Of a DNA stretch of 64,000 bases, positions 1-8,536 are shown piece after piece. The stretch covers positions 1,408,001 to 1,472,000 of the forward strand of contig OZ251992.1 in assembly GCA_965246885.1 (NCBI GenBank), given 5' to 3'. Position 1 is the stretch's first letter; the number at the start of each line of letters is the position of its first letter. The notes beneath the pieces were generated by a model, which was not told where the DNA came from, ran no database searches, and was given only the letters and a program-made list of their open reading frames with translations. A program made the position numbers and the translations under genes. This DNA is from Abditibacterium sp. (GTDB lineage Bacteria; Armatimonadota; Abditibacteriia; Abditibacteriales; Abditibacteriaceae).

Positions 1-199
1 TGCGCGGATCAAACATTTCCGCCCGGAATCCGATGCTCGCCCACTGCGTTAGACGCGCGCCGACGACACCCGCGAGCAAACCCGCGAGGGCGACCATGCG
101 CATCCCTTCGGTATCGAGGCCGCGACTGCGCGCCCACAGCCAAAGCGTCGCGGCGCCGACCCCGTAACCCGCCACAGTCCACGCGGTGCCCGCCGTCAC
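1..199 (-). CDS. Partial (runs off the left edge) membrane protein, probably prolipoprotein diacylglyceryl transferase (Lgt)-like family
   Basis: Manual translation from GTG at 199: VTAGTAWTVAGYGVGAATLWLWARSRGLDTEGMRMVALAGLLAGVVGARLTQW...; the hydrophobic helices and G-x-x-G-A-R-L motif resemble the Lgt N-terminus. Its GTG overlaps the TGA of the upstream radical SAM gene (GTGA). Not in the ORF track. Confidence 0.55.
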   Translation of the reverse strand, partial: MTAGTAWTVAGYGVGAATLWLWARSRGLDTEGMRMVALAGLLAGVVGARLTQWASIGFRAEMFDPR

Positions 200-2046
200 G
201 AGTCCCCTCCTTCATCCGCCCCTGCGGGTGAGCCATCCACCAGTACCGGTGACTCGCTGGCGCGCCCCGGTGACTCGCTGGCGCGCCCCGGTGACTCGCT
301 GGCGCGCCCCAGTGACTCGCTGGCGCGCCCCGGTGACTCGCTGGCGCGCCCCGGTGACTCGCTGGCGCGCCCCGGTGACTCGCTGGCGCGCCCCGGTGAC
401 TCGCTGGCGCGCCCCGGTGACTCGCTGGCGCGCCCCGGTGACTCGCTGGCGCGCCCCAGTGACTCGCTGGCGCGCCCCGGTGACTCGCTGGCGCGCCCCG
501 GTGACTCGCTGGCAGGCAAGGGCGGACGGGGGCCGGAGTCCGTTGCGTCGTCGAACAAGAAGCGCCAGCAGAAGGAATACCGGCGCGGGTCGTCCTCGAA
601 GGTGCCTGTATGCACGCAGCATTGCTTTAAGCGCGGCGCATGCAGCGTGTGGGCGTCCATGAACTGCTTCACCGTGACGCGAAAGGTGCGCTGCGCCAGC
701 CGCTCCAGCGAGCGCTCCTCATCCCACAGCAGGCCCAGCAACTCCGGCAAACCCGCGACGCAGCCGCACATCTGCGAGATGTCGCGCGCCAGCTTGAAAG
801 CCGGGACGCGGCCCGAATCCGACCAGATGCGCCCCAGCGCCCCGCTTTGGAGCAGCGATGCGACCGACTGCGACACATCTTCAAAGGAGATGGTGTTCGC
901 TACCAAGTGGAGCCACCCCTTCAAGGTGTCCGGCCCAATGAGTCGCGGGAGCGGCTGCCACGCTTCTTTGGCGCCCTTGCCGGTGCGGAGCAGGTAGGAG
1001 ATGTCGCAGCAATCGCGGTGCGAGCAGGGCAGGGGCAGGAAGTCGCTCGCCGTGAGCAAGCCGCCGGTTTGCCCTCTCAAGCGGCGCAAGACGCCGGTTG
1101 GGGTGACGCGGTCTTGCGGGTCGAAGCCGGGGTTGCGACCCGATCCGAACATCGGCTGAATGGCCAAGCCCGATACGAGCGGCCTGTCCAAGCCGAAGCG
1201 CAAGACGTCGCCGACTTCGTCCTCGTTGACGCCGCGCGCGACGGTCATCACAAGCGTTGACCACACGCCCGCCGCTTCGAGCCGGTCAAGGGCGCGCACT
1301 TTTTCGGCTCGCAAGTCTTCGCCGCGATGCCGGAGGTTGGAGCGCTCGCTGAGTCCATCGAACTGCAAATAGATTTCGATGCGGTCTCGGTGCGCGTGCA
1401 AAAATTCGAGGAAGCGGTCGTCGCGCGCGATGCGGCGCCCGTTGGTGTTAATGAGCACGCGCGTGACTGGGTGCCGTAGGGCGCGCTCCACGAGGGTTTG
1501 GAGGTCGTCGCGGATGGTCGGTTCGCCGCCGCTTAGCATCAAGACGCCCAGTTCGCCGCCTTCGCGCTCGATGATGGTTTCAACCGTCGCTTCCAATTGG
1601 TCGGGAGTGGGATGCTCCTGCGTGGGGCGCGGCGTTCCGGGCGGGGCGGCTCCGGCGTAGCAGGTGGGGCAAGAGAGGTTGCAACGCGGGGTGACGTTGA
1701 GGACGAGGATGCAGGAGTGTTGCCCATGCGCGGCGGGAAGTCCGTGCTGATAGCTAAGCGGGAAGGAGCCGTAGTTGTCGGGGCGGTCGGGGGTGATGGG
1801 AGATGTGGGCGTAGACCACCCGGCGCGGACACGCCAGAGGGCGAGGTCTTCCTCGTAGAGGGACTCCGTTTCGCCGTGCTGGGCGCAGAAGCGGCGCATC
1901 CACACCTTTCCGTCGTGCGAGACGAGCATGCCGTCGCACCACACGCCGGGGTCGTCGGCGCGTCGCGGCGCGTCCGCAAAGCAGAGCGGGCACACGGTCT
2001 GGGTGTACTCTTCGATGAGGTACGGGCGGGGCGCGGGAGCGGGCAC
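196..2046 (-). CDS. Radical SAM protein (MoaA-related, tetraether lipid synthase/HMPTM-like N-terminus) with a C-terminal ASESPGR repeat tail
   Basis: CxxxCxxC motif (CNLSCPTC), SGGEPT, NTNG, YLQFDG, N-terminal CPLC...CAQHG, C-terminal LKQCCVH. Start moved to GTG 2046 because the longer ORF overlaps the divergent gene and CAAACT lies 6 nt upstream. Confidence 0.85.
   Translation of the reverse strand: MPAPAPRPYLIEEYTQTVCPLCFADAPRRADDPGVWCDGMLVSHDGKVWMRRFCAQHGETESLYEEDLALWRVRAGWSTPTSPITPDRPDNYGSFPLSYQHGLPAAHGQHSCILVLNVTPRCNLSCPTCYAGAAPPGTPRPTQEHPTPDQLEATVETIIEREGGELGVLMLSGGEPTIRDDLQTLVERALRHPVTRVLINTNGRRIARDDRFLEFLHAHRDRIEIYLQFDGLSERSNLRHRGEDLRAEKVRALDRLEAAGVWSTLVMTVARGVNEDEVGDVLRFGLDRPLVSGLAIQPMFGSGRNPGFDPQDRVTPTGVLRRLRGQTGGLLTASDFLPLPCSHRDCCDISYLLRTGKGAKEAWQPLPRLIGPDTLKGWLHLVANTISFEDVSQSVASLLQSGALGRIWSDSGRVPAFKLARDISQMCGCVAGLPELLGLLWDEERSLERLAQRTFRVTVKQFMDAHTLHAPRLKQCCVHTGTFEDDPRRYSFCWRFLFDDATDSGPRPPLPASESPGRASESPGRASESLGRASESPGRASESPGRASESPGRASESPGRASESPGRASESPGRASESLGRASESPGRASESPGRASESPVLVDGSPAGADEGGDS
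246..513. repeat. 21-bp tandem repeat (CCGGTGACTCGCTGGCGCGCC), about 12.8 copies, in-frame in the radical SAM gene
   Basis: Read directly; two units carry a G>A variant (CCAGTG). Encodes (ASESPGR/ASESLGR)n on the minus strand. Confidence 0.97.
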
Positions 2047-2115
2047 TTCCTCAGTTTGGCGCTTTTGCAGGAAACTCCCAAGGACAACTCCAAAGATTTG
2101 CCGTCTCTTTTTGCA

Positions 2116-2667
2116 ATGCCCATATCCACCGTCCCGAACGTCCCGGCGCACGAACATCAAACCGTCGAGGAACTAACGCGCGGCAACGTCGAAACCATCG
2201 CCCGCATGGAAGCCGCCGCCCAAAAGCAGCGCTCGCGCACCGACTGCATCGTGGACTCCATCACCAAGTTCTGCGGGCGCATCGCCTTCGTGTATTGGCA
2301 CATCGCGCTGTTCACCTTTTGGATCGCTGTCAACACCCTCGCCCCCAAGCCTCTGCACTTCGACCCCTATCCCTTTAATTTCCTCACCCTGTCGGTGTCG
2401 CTGGAAGCCATCTTCCTGTCGGCGTTCATCCTCATCTCCCAAAACCGCGCCGCTCAACTCGACCAACGCCGCAACGAGTTGGAGTTGCAAATCTCCCTCT
2501 TGTCCGAGCAGGAAAACACCAAGATTCTCCAAATGCTCGACGCCATCGCCCGCAAAGTGGGGGCGAACGTCGAAGGCGACCCCGACATCTCCGTCCTCGA
2601 AGCCGCCACCAACCCCGAAGTCCTCATCGCGCAAATCGAGGCCGCCCACGCGCGGGACGGCAAATAA
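2116..2667 (+). CDS. DUF1003 family membrane protein
   Basis: FDPYPFNFLTLSVSLEAIFLSAFILISQNR signature; ATG 2116 is in frame with ORF 1597..2667. Confidence 0.88.
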   Translation: MPISTVPNVPAHEHQTVEELTRGNVETIARMEAAAQKQRSRTDCIVDSITKFCGRIAFVYWHIALFTFWIAVNTLAPKPLHFDPYPFNFLTLSVSLEAIFLSAFILISQNRAAQLDQRRNELELQISLLSEQENTKILQMLDAIARKVGANVEGDPDISVLEAATNPEVLIAQIEAAHARDGK

Positions 2668-2712
2668 GGGGACGTTTGCGCCGCCCACGCGGGCCGCGTT
2701 TTAAAATATAAA

Positions 2713-4161
2713 GTGCGCGCTTCCATTATGCTGGCTTCCACCGACGATTTATTCGCTTCCGAATTAGAAATGGCCACGCTCGCGGCGCGCGGCGGGCACG
2801 ACGAAGAAACCGTTCTCAAGCTGTTCCGCCGCTTGCGCGGCGCCAAAGACGGGATACGCGGTGGCGACCCCGCTTCCTTGCGCGACCACCTCGTCATGGT
2901 GCACGCGCCCCTCGTTGAACACTGCGCCCGCGCGTTTTTGGCGTCGGGCGAACCGCTCGAAGACTTGGTGCAAGAAGGTTACGTCGGCCTTATCAAAGCC
3001 GTTGACCGCTTCGACCCCGACAAGGGCATCAAGTTCTCCACTTATTCCTGCCACCTCATCGCGGGCGAGATCAGGCACTACCTGCGCGACTTGGGACGCC
3101 TCATCCACGAACCGGGCTGGCACTTTGAACTGCGCGGGCGCATCAACCGCGCGACCGACAGCCTCATGCAGTCGAACGGACGCCCGCCCAGTGTCGAGGA
3201 AATCGCGGGCCACCTGAGCGTCAAACCCGAAACCGTGCGCGAAGTGCAAGAGCGCAGCGCCACATTATACGTTGACTCGCTCGAAGCCAAAACCGAGGAG
3301 TCGGCGGGCGAGGGGCGGGTGGACTTTTTGGAACGCTTCGAGGCCGAGCCGTCCGGCGCCAGCGATGAGGGGCGCATCGAAGACCAGATGTTCCTCGAAA
3401 TGGCGCTTCCGCAACTGCGCGACTTGGAGCAAAGCGCGCTCACGCTGTTCTTTTTCGACGAACTGTCCAAGTCGGACATCGCCCGCAAGCTGGGCATCTC
3501 GGTCAACTACGTGTCCTACCTCGTCAAGCGCGGGACGGAATCGCTCAAGCGCATCTTGGAAGCGGGCGATCCGATTCCGGGCGCGCTCGCGGCGCAAACT
3601 GGGGGCGCTCAACAAGCGGCGCGTGCGGCGTATCTGCTGGGGCTGACGCGCGCGGCGGCCAATACGGATGAGCGCCGCAACTTTACGCCGGGCGCGCGCG
3701 TGCCGACGCTTTCCAAGCCCGGCATTGCCAGTTTGTCGCAGTTTTCGAGTTGGCTGGACGACGAAGTGACGCGGGTCGGGCGCTATGGCGGCGAGTTCTC
3801 CGTCTGCTGGCTGGCGCTGCAGAACTGGGTGGGGGTCACGAAGGAGTTAACTGCCGCCGAAAAGCGCGCCGCCGCCGGAGCCGCCGCCACGCTCGCGCGC
3901 CGCTTGGTGCGCGACGTGGACAAAGTCGCTGCGCTCCAATCGAGCGACCCGGCAGGCTTCCACCTCCTCGCACTCCTGCCCGCAACCGGCGACGTAGGCC
4001 GCGCCTTGGAGCGGCGCTGGCTGGCGGCTTTTGGCGCCCCTGAATTACCCGGCGTGGTCGCGCCCTTGCACCTGCGGAGCGCGTATGCCACCTGCCCCAT
4101 CAATGGGCGCACCGGCGAGGAGATCTTCGCCTTTCTGGGCGGGCAGTTGGTGGAGCGATGA
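2713..4161 (+). CDS. SigB/SigF/SigG-type sigma-70 factor fused to a C-terminal degenerate GGDEF-like domain
   Basis: Region 2 EDLVQEGYVGLIKAVDRFDPDKGIKFSTY...GEIRHYLRD; region 4 LSKSDIARKLGISVNYVSYLVKR; C-terminal ~145 aa with LDDEVTRVGRYGGEFSV...VRDVD...LLP...SAYATCP. Confidence 0.85.
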   Translation: MRASIMLASTDDLFASELEMATLAARGGHDEETVLKLFRRLRGAKDGIRGGDPASLRDHLVMVHAPLVEHCARAFLASGEPLEDLVQEGYVGLIKAVDRFDPDKGIKFSTYSCHLIAGEIRHYLRDLGRLIHEPGWHFELRGRINRATDSLMQSNGRPPSVEEIAGHLSVKPETVREVQERSATLYVDSLEAKTEESAGEGRVDFLERFEAEPSGASDEGRIEDQMFLEMALPQLRDLEQSALTLFFFDELSKSDIARKLGISVNYVSYLVKRGTESLKRILEAGDPIPGALAAQTGGAQQAARAAYLLGLTRAAANTDERRNFTPGARVPTLSKPGIASLSQFSSWLDDEVTRVGRYGGEFSVCWLALQNWVGVTKELTAAEKRAAAGAAATLARRLVRDVDKVAALQSSDPAGFHLLALLPATGDVGRALERRWLAAFGAPELPGVVAPLHLRSAYATCPINGRTGEEIFAFLGGQLVER

Positions 4162-4595
4162 AAGCCGTATTGCAGCGCGTGACGCGCGCTTTGGTTCGGG
4201 TCGAGAACCGCGTGATCGGCGAAATTGCGGGCGGGTTCTGCGTCTTTGTGGGTGTGGCGGGCGACGATACGGCGAGCAACGCCGAAAAGATGGCGGCGAA
4301 GATTGCGGGGATGCGCGTCTTTGCCGACGAGGAAGGGCGCTTCAACCTGTGCTTGAAAGACGTGGGCGGGCAGGTGTTGCTCGTGTCGAACTTCACCCTG
4401 CTCGGCGATGCGCGCAAGGGGAACCGGCCTTACTTTGGCGCCGCCGCGCAGCCCGAACTGGCGCGGGAACTGTATGAGCTTCTCGCTACACTTTTGCGCG
4501 CGGCGGGCATCGAGACGCACACGGGCGTCTTTGGCGCCGACATGAAAGTCGAACTGGAAAACGATGGGCCGGTCACGATCCTGCTGGAATTCTAA
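4158..4595 (+). CDS. dtd: D-aminoacyl-tRNA deacylase
   Basis: MKAVLQRV, VSNFTL, KGNRP, FGADMKVELENDGPVT motifs; ATGA overlap with the sigma gene. Confidence 0.95.
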   Translation: MKAVLQRVTRALVRVENRVIGEIAGGFCVFVGVAGDDTASNAEKMAAKIAGMRVFADEEGRFNLCLKDVGGQVLLVSNFTLLGDARKGNRPYFGAAAQPELARELYELLATLLRAAGIETHTGVFGADMKVELENDGPVTILLEF

Positions 4596-4651
4596 GCGCC
4601 TGTCCCGACACCCGAAGGCACGAAACCCGTTTTGGAGCGTCTATTGCCCCA

Positions 4652-5503
4652 ATGATCTTTGACGCCGTTACTATGCAATCCCAACCGTCACACTTCCCCG
4701 AAGACGCCCCCTCGCGCACCGAGCAGTCCGAGCAACACATCCTCCAAGGCAACCAGCGCGGCGACGACGGCGACTTTTCCGGCGCCCTCCAAGACTATAA
4801 ACGCGCCGCGCAACTCGAACCGACCTCGCCCGCGCGCCTGCTCAAGCTCGCCGAAGGCTACGCCGCCAACGATCTTCACCACAAGGCTTTCCAACTCTAT
4901 CAGCGCGCCCTCGAAACCAACATCGAAGAAGACGCGGGCGAGGACATGACCGACGCCTACGTCGGCATGGGCGACTTGTGCCGCACCTTCGCCCGCTCCG
5001 CCGCCGCCGTCCGTTCCTACGAGCGCGCCGTTCGCTCCCGCCCCAAACAGCCGTTCTTGCGGTGGAAGTTGGCCGTCTCGCTTGCTACGATGGGCCTGTA
5101 TGAGCGCGCCGAAGCGCAACTGCAAATCATCCTCGAACAAGCGCCGGGCGATTCGTTCTATCACTTCCAACTCGCCGACCTTTACCGCGTCATGAACCGC
5201 GAGTTGGACAGCGTCGCGCATATGGCGCAGGCCGTCGAGTTCGCGCCGCGCGACGATTACTACCGCCTGCGCTTGGGCGCCGCCCTGCTCCGCGCGGGCC
5301 TCACCGAAGAAGCCGTCGAGCAGTTCGAGAGCGCCGCGCGCATGAAGCCCACCAACGCCAGCTACCAAACCCTGCTCCTCTTCGCGCACCTCAAAAACAA
5401 CCAGCAACCGGAGATTGCGGTGGACGTGGACAAGATTGAACTGGGCGCCTACGACGAAGACTTCGTCAACCGGATACAGAGACTGGCGTTGCCGGGGGCG
5501 TGA
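4652..5503 (+). CDS. Tetratricopeptide repeat protein
   Basis: Repeated helical TPR-like units (A...Y..A....P, LG......G..E.A...F..A....P). Confidence 0.8.
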   Translation: MIFDAVTMQSQPSHFPEDAPSRTEQSEQHILQGNQRGDDGDFSGALQDYKRAAQLEPTSPARLLKLAEGYAANDLHHKAFQLYQRALETNIEEDAGEDMTDAYVGMGDLCRTFARSAAAVRSYERAVRSRPKQPFLRWKLAVSLATMGLYERAEAQLQIILEQAPGDSFYHFQLADLYRVMNRELDSVAHMAQAVEFAPRDDYYRLRLGAALLRAGLTEEAVEQFESAARMKPTNASYQTLLLFAHLKNNQQPEIAVDVDKIELGAYDEDFVNRIQRLALPGA

Positions 5504-5511
5504 GGTAGCAA

Positions 5512-5609
5512 AGCGACTGAAGTCGCAGCCAGCGGAGTCGTCGGCCTTCGTTGACGTGCCATCCCGTCGGCGAAGGCCGACGACTCCGCTGGCTGCGACT
5601 TCAGTCGCT
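5512..5609. repeat. REP-like long palindrome, family A (GCGACTGAAGTCGC-capped), copy 1
   Basis: Perfect 39-bp inverted arms 5512-5550 and 5571-5609, between convergent genes. Confidence 0.92.
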
Positions 5610-5617
5610 CGCCCTGC

Positions 5618-6859
5618 TCACCCGCCCACTAACCGCCGCACCCACACGGTCGGGATGGCGTAGGAAATGCCGGTGCCTTCGGCGCCTTGGGAGATGACGC
5701 CCACTACTTCGCCTTTGGCGTTGAGAACCGGCCCGCCGGAGTTGCCGTGCGTGACGGTGGAGCCGAGTTGAATGACTTTGGCGGCGTCGCCTCCGTCCAC
5801 TTGGCCGCGTTGGATGCGTTCGACGGCGGCGTCTTTGACGGAAACGGACGGTAACTCTTGGTCAAGGGTGAGCGTGCCTACGCCAAGCGGAAAGCCGAAG
5901 ACCCATGCGGTATCGGTTTCGGCTAAATCTTCCGAGCGGCCAAGGGCGAGCGTGGCGGGCGCGGTTTCGTCGGACGGGAGTTGCAAGCGCGCGAGGTCGC
6001 TGGAGAACTGTTCTGTCCCATCGGCGAGGGTGATGGCGTCGGCTGAGACTTTGACGCGGTGCTCTTGCGCGGTTCCGGCCTCGAAGACGAGCAGACAATC
6101 TCCGACAGCCCCACCCTCGTCCACGACGACATGGCGGTTGGTGACGACTTGGTGCCCGTCGCCCACCACGAAGCCCGACCCGAAGGCGATGCTGTTCGGC
6201 TCGCGCCGCACGATAAGCACGGTCGCGCGCTTGGCGAGGGCGACGGTTTCGGGCGCGATGCGTCCATTGACGGGCGGCGCGGCTTGGCTTTGGGGCGAGG
6301 TGTCACCGCTTTTGGCGCGCGGCGCGTGGGTGTCGGAGTCCGTTGGAACGTCAACGGCACGGCGCACTTTTGCCTCGTCGCCCGTGTCCACGCGCGCGCC
6401 TGACCCTCGGCCAAACACAAGCCCCACGAAAATTAGAAGCGCGAAGCCGCCCAAGGCAGGCCACACCCATTTGGGCGTTTGGCGCGGCGCGACGGCGACC
6501 GGCCCGGTTCCAACGGGAGCGCTAACCGACACTTGGACGGCGGGTTGGGGCGCGTAGACGCGCACGAGCGCCTCGAAATCGCCCAACTTCAGCCGCGCGC
6601 CGTGCTTGAGGGGAGCGCGCTCGACCCGCGCTTCGTCCACGAACGTGCCGTTCGTGGAAGCCAAGTCTTCGACCGCCCAACCGTTGGGCGTGGGCGTCAG
6701 CTTGGCGTGCCTCCGCGACAGTTGGGTGTAAGTGGTAAGCGGTAGGTCGCATCCGGCGTCGCGCCCGACGACCAACTCGCGCCGCTCCAAGGGCAGTGTT
6801 TGCCCCGCAAGCGGCCCCGCCGTGACGATAAGGGCATCGGAAGAAGTGGGCGTCGCCAT
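5618..6859 (-). CDS. FHA domain + transmembrane helix + trypsin-like serine protease
   Basis: FHA motifs GR...SRRHA...DLASTNGTFVD; TM WVWPALGGFALLIFVGLVFG; protease GSGF, TNRHVV, DLA, GNSGGP. Confidence 0.9.
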   Translation of the reverse strand: MATPTSSDALIVTAGPLAGQTLPLERRELVVGRDAGCDLPLTTYTQLSRRHAKLTPTPNGWAVEDLASTNGTFVDEARVERAPLKHGARLKLGDFEALVRVYAPQPAVQVSVSAPVGTGPVAVAPRQTPKWVWPALGGFALLIFVGLVFGRGSGARVDTGDEAKVRRAVDVPTDSDTHAPRAKSGDTSPQSQAAPPVNGRIAPETVALAKRATVLIVRREPNSIAFGSGFVVGDGHQVVTNRHVVVDEGGAVGDCLLVFEAGTAQEHRVKVSADAITLADGTEQFSSDLARLQLPSDETAPATLALGRSEDLAETDTAWVFGFPLGVGTLTLDQELPSVSVKDAAVERIQRGQVDGGDAAKVIQLGSTVTHGNSGGPVLNAKGEVVGVISQGAEGTGISYAIPTVWVRRLVGG

Positions 6860-6901
6860 GAGGGGCAGTGTAAGAAGCGGGAGGGTAGCGATAGCACCCC
6901 C

Positions 6902-6937
6902 AATAAAAACACGCGCTCCTGCGTGGGGCGCGTGTTT
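6902..6937 (-). terminator. Rho-independent terminator
   Basis: Minus strand reads AAACACGCGCCCCACGCAGGAGCGCGTGTTTTTATT: GC stem-loop plus T-tract, just after the small ORF stop at 6947. Confidence 0.75.
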
Positions 6938-6946
6938 GGTTGCTAA

Positions 6947-7105
6947 CTACTCGGCGGTTTCGTCGTCTTCACCTTCGGCGCTACCGGGGGTATGCGCGGC
7001 GGGCGGGGTTTGCGATTGCTCGTGGTCGTCATCGGTGCCTTCGGCGCTGCCGGGGGTGCCGATGGGGATGCCTGCCATGTCGTGCTGTCCGTCTGCGGTT
7101 TTCAT
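6947..7105 (-). CDS. Small acidic 52-aa protein with two TPGSAEG motifs (not in ORF track)
   Basis: MKTADGQHDMAGIPIGTPGSAEGTDDDHEQSQTPPAAHTPGSAEGEDDETAE*; GGAG 8 nt upstream, terminator downstream, fills the gap after the LCP gene. Confidence 0.7.
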   Translation of the reverse strand: MKTADGQHDMAGIPIGTPGSAEGTDDDHEQSQTPPAAHTPGSAEGEDDETAE

Positions 7106-7138
7106 AGAGTCTGCTCCGCTCGCAAAGCGTGCGCCAAG

Positions 7139-8386
7139 TTATTGCAAACCGGGCGCTTCTATCTCGGCGTCGTGGTGCAACTCGGCCTTGAGCAGTCCGG
7201 CTTCTTTCAACACGGGCAGGGCGGCGGGGTTGTTGTTGTTGCGCGCGCCGATGTCGTCCGAGCGCGTCGAGGGCGACAGGACGAGGAGTTTCTTCTGGTT
7301 GAAGGACGAGCCGAAAATGGCGGCGAAGAGCTTGGCGTTTTGCGGTTTGTTGAGGATGATGTCGCCGCCGTCGGGCGCGTAGATGCCGTATAGGGTGAGG
7401 GGCGTGACCTTGGCGGCATTGCCCAGACCCTTAGCGAACATTGCTGCCGAAACCAGTTCGTCGTTGCTCATGCTGGTGATGAACAGCTTTTGCATTTCCG
7501 TCACCATGCTTGGCAGTTTGAGCAGGCCCACGTTCATCATCTTCTTGGAAAGCGCGCGCATGACTTGCTGCTGGCGGCGCACGCGGCCCGGATCGCCCTC
7601 GTTGTCGTGGCGAAAACGCACGTAGCCGTGCGCTTGCTCGCCGTCGAGGTGCTGCATCCCCGGCTCCAAGTCCACGCTCCAGCCGCCCCAGTGGTCGGCG
7701 TATTTCATGCGCGTCCTTTTGCCCCGGAACAGCGCGCCCTCGACATTGATGTCCAGCCCGCCCACGCTGTCTATCAGCTTGGTGAAGCCGTCCAACTTGA
7801 TTTCGGCGGTGCGGTCGATGCGAATGCCCAGTTCGTCTTCGATAACTTTAGGGAGCAGCTTGTCACCGTTGGGTTCGGCGTAGGTTGAGTTCAACTTGCA
7901 CGCGCCGTGACGGTGGCCTTTAAAGTCGCGGTAGCGCACGCGCGAGTCGCGCGGGATGGACAACAGGCGCACCGTATGCGCGTCGCGGTCAAAGGAGGCG
8001 ACGATCATGGAGTCGGAGCGCGGGCGCGTGTCTTTGTCTTCGACTTGATAAGGACGCATCGTGCCCGTATGGGGGTCAAACACTTTGCCCTGCTTCCAGT
8101 TGCGGTCGCGCCCGATAAGGAGGATATTGACGTGCCCATCGGGGTTGCCCACGCTGTTGAAGAGCAGGTCGGGGTCGTTATGTACGTTCCACGCGGTACG
8201 CCCTAAACCCGGCAACTGGGGAACTATGTTGCGCCCCTCTGGAGTCAACAAGCCGAAAGCGACACCACCGGCGACGGTGAACAAACATAGGACACCAACC
8301 CCCTTCCAGAAGCGGCCTTTCTTGGGCGGTTGGGCGGGGACGAGTTCGGGTTGCGAGGATGCGTTGCGGGGTTGTGCGGTTGCCAA
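7139..8386 (-). CDS. LCP (LytR-CpsA-Psr) family cell-wall polymer ligase
   Basis: NILLIGRD, RSDSMIV, LLSIPRDS, KLNSTY, LDGEQAHGYVRFRH, GDPGRVRRQQQV; N-terminal TM. Start uncertain (TTG 8386 chosen, GGAGG upstream). Confidence 0.9.
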   Translation of the reverse strand: MATAQPRNASSQPELVPAQPPKKGRFWKGVGVLCLFTVAGGVAFGLLTPEGRNIVPQLPGLGRTAWNVHNDPDLLFNSVGNPDGHVNILLIGRDRNWKQGKVFDPHTGTMRPYQVEDKDTRPRSDSMIVASFDRDAHTVRLLSIPRDSRVRYRDFKGHRHGACKLNSTYAEPNGDKLLPKVIEDELGIRIDRTAEIKLDGFTKLIDSVGGLDINVEGALFRGKRTRMKYADHWGGWSVDLEPGMQHLDGEQAHGYVRFRHDNEGDPGRVRRQQQVMRALSKKMMNVGLLKLPSMVTEMQKLFITSMSNDELVSAAMFAKGLGNAAKVTPLTLYGIYAPDGGDIILNKPQNAKLFAAIFGSSFNQKKLLVLSPSTRSDDIGARNNNNPAALPVLKEAGLLKAELHHDAEIEAPGLQ

Positions 8387-8536
8387 AGTAAAAAGAGTGC
8401 CTCCAGAAAAAGGTGCGCGCAGTGTAGCCAACAATTCGCGCGCCAAACACGCGCGGGTGTCGAGAAAAGATAATGGGAATCCTGCGCGGCACTTCAGCGC
8501 GCGGTCAAAGCGGTGCCAGACGCGAAGCAGATATCC

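Noticed and set aside
246..513. Tandem repeat as a CRISPR array
   Set aside because: The units are contiguous with no unique spacers, lie in-frame in a gene, and no cas genes are present.
186..662. ORFs 186..662 (+) and 212..622 (-) with RWRAPVT / ARQRVTG repeats
   Set aside because: These are alternative frames of the same stop-free 21-bp repeat; the radical SAM frame explains the region.
1597..2115. N-terminal extension of the DUF1003 ORF, and the extension of the radical SAM ORF to 2160
   Set aside because: They overlap each other on opposite strands; recognisable domains begin at 2116 (+) and 2046 (-).
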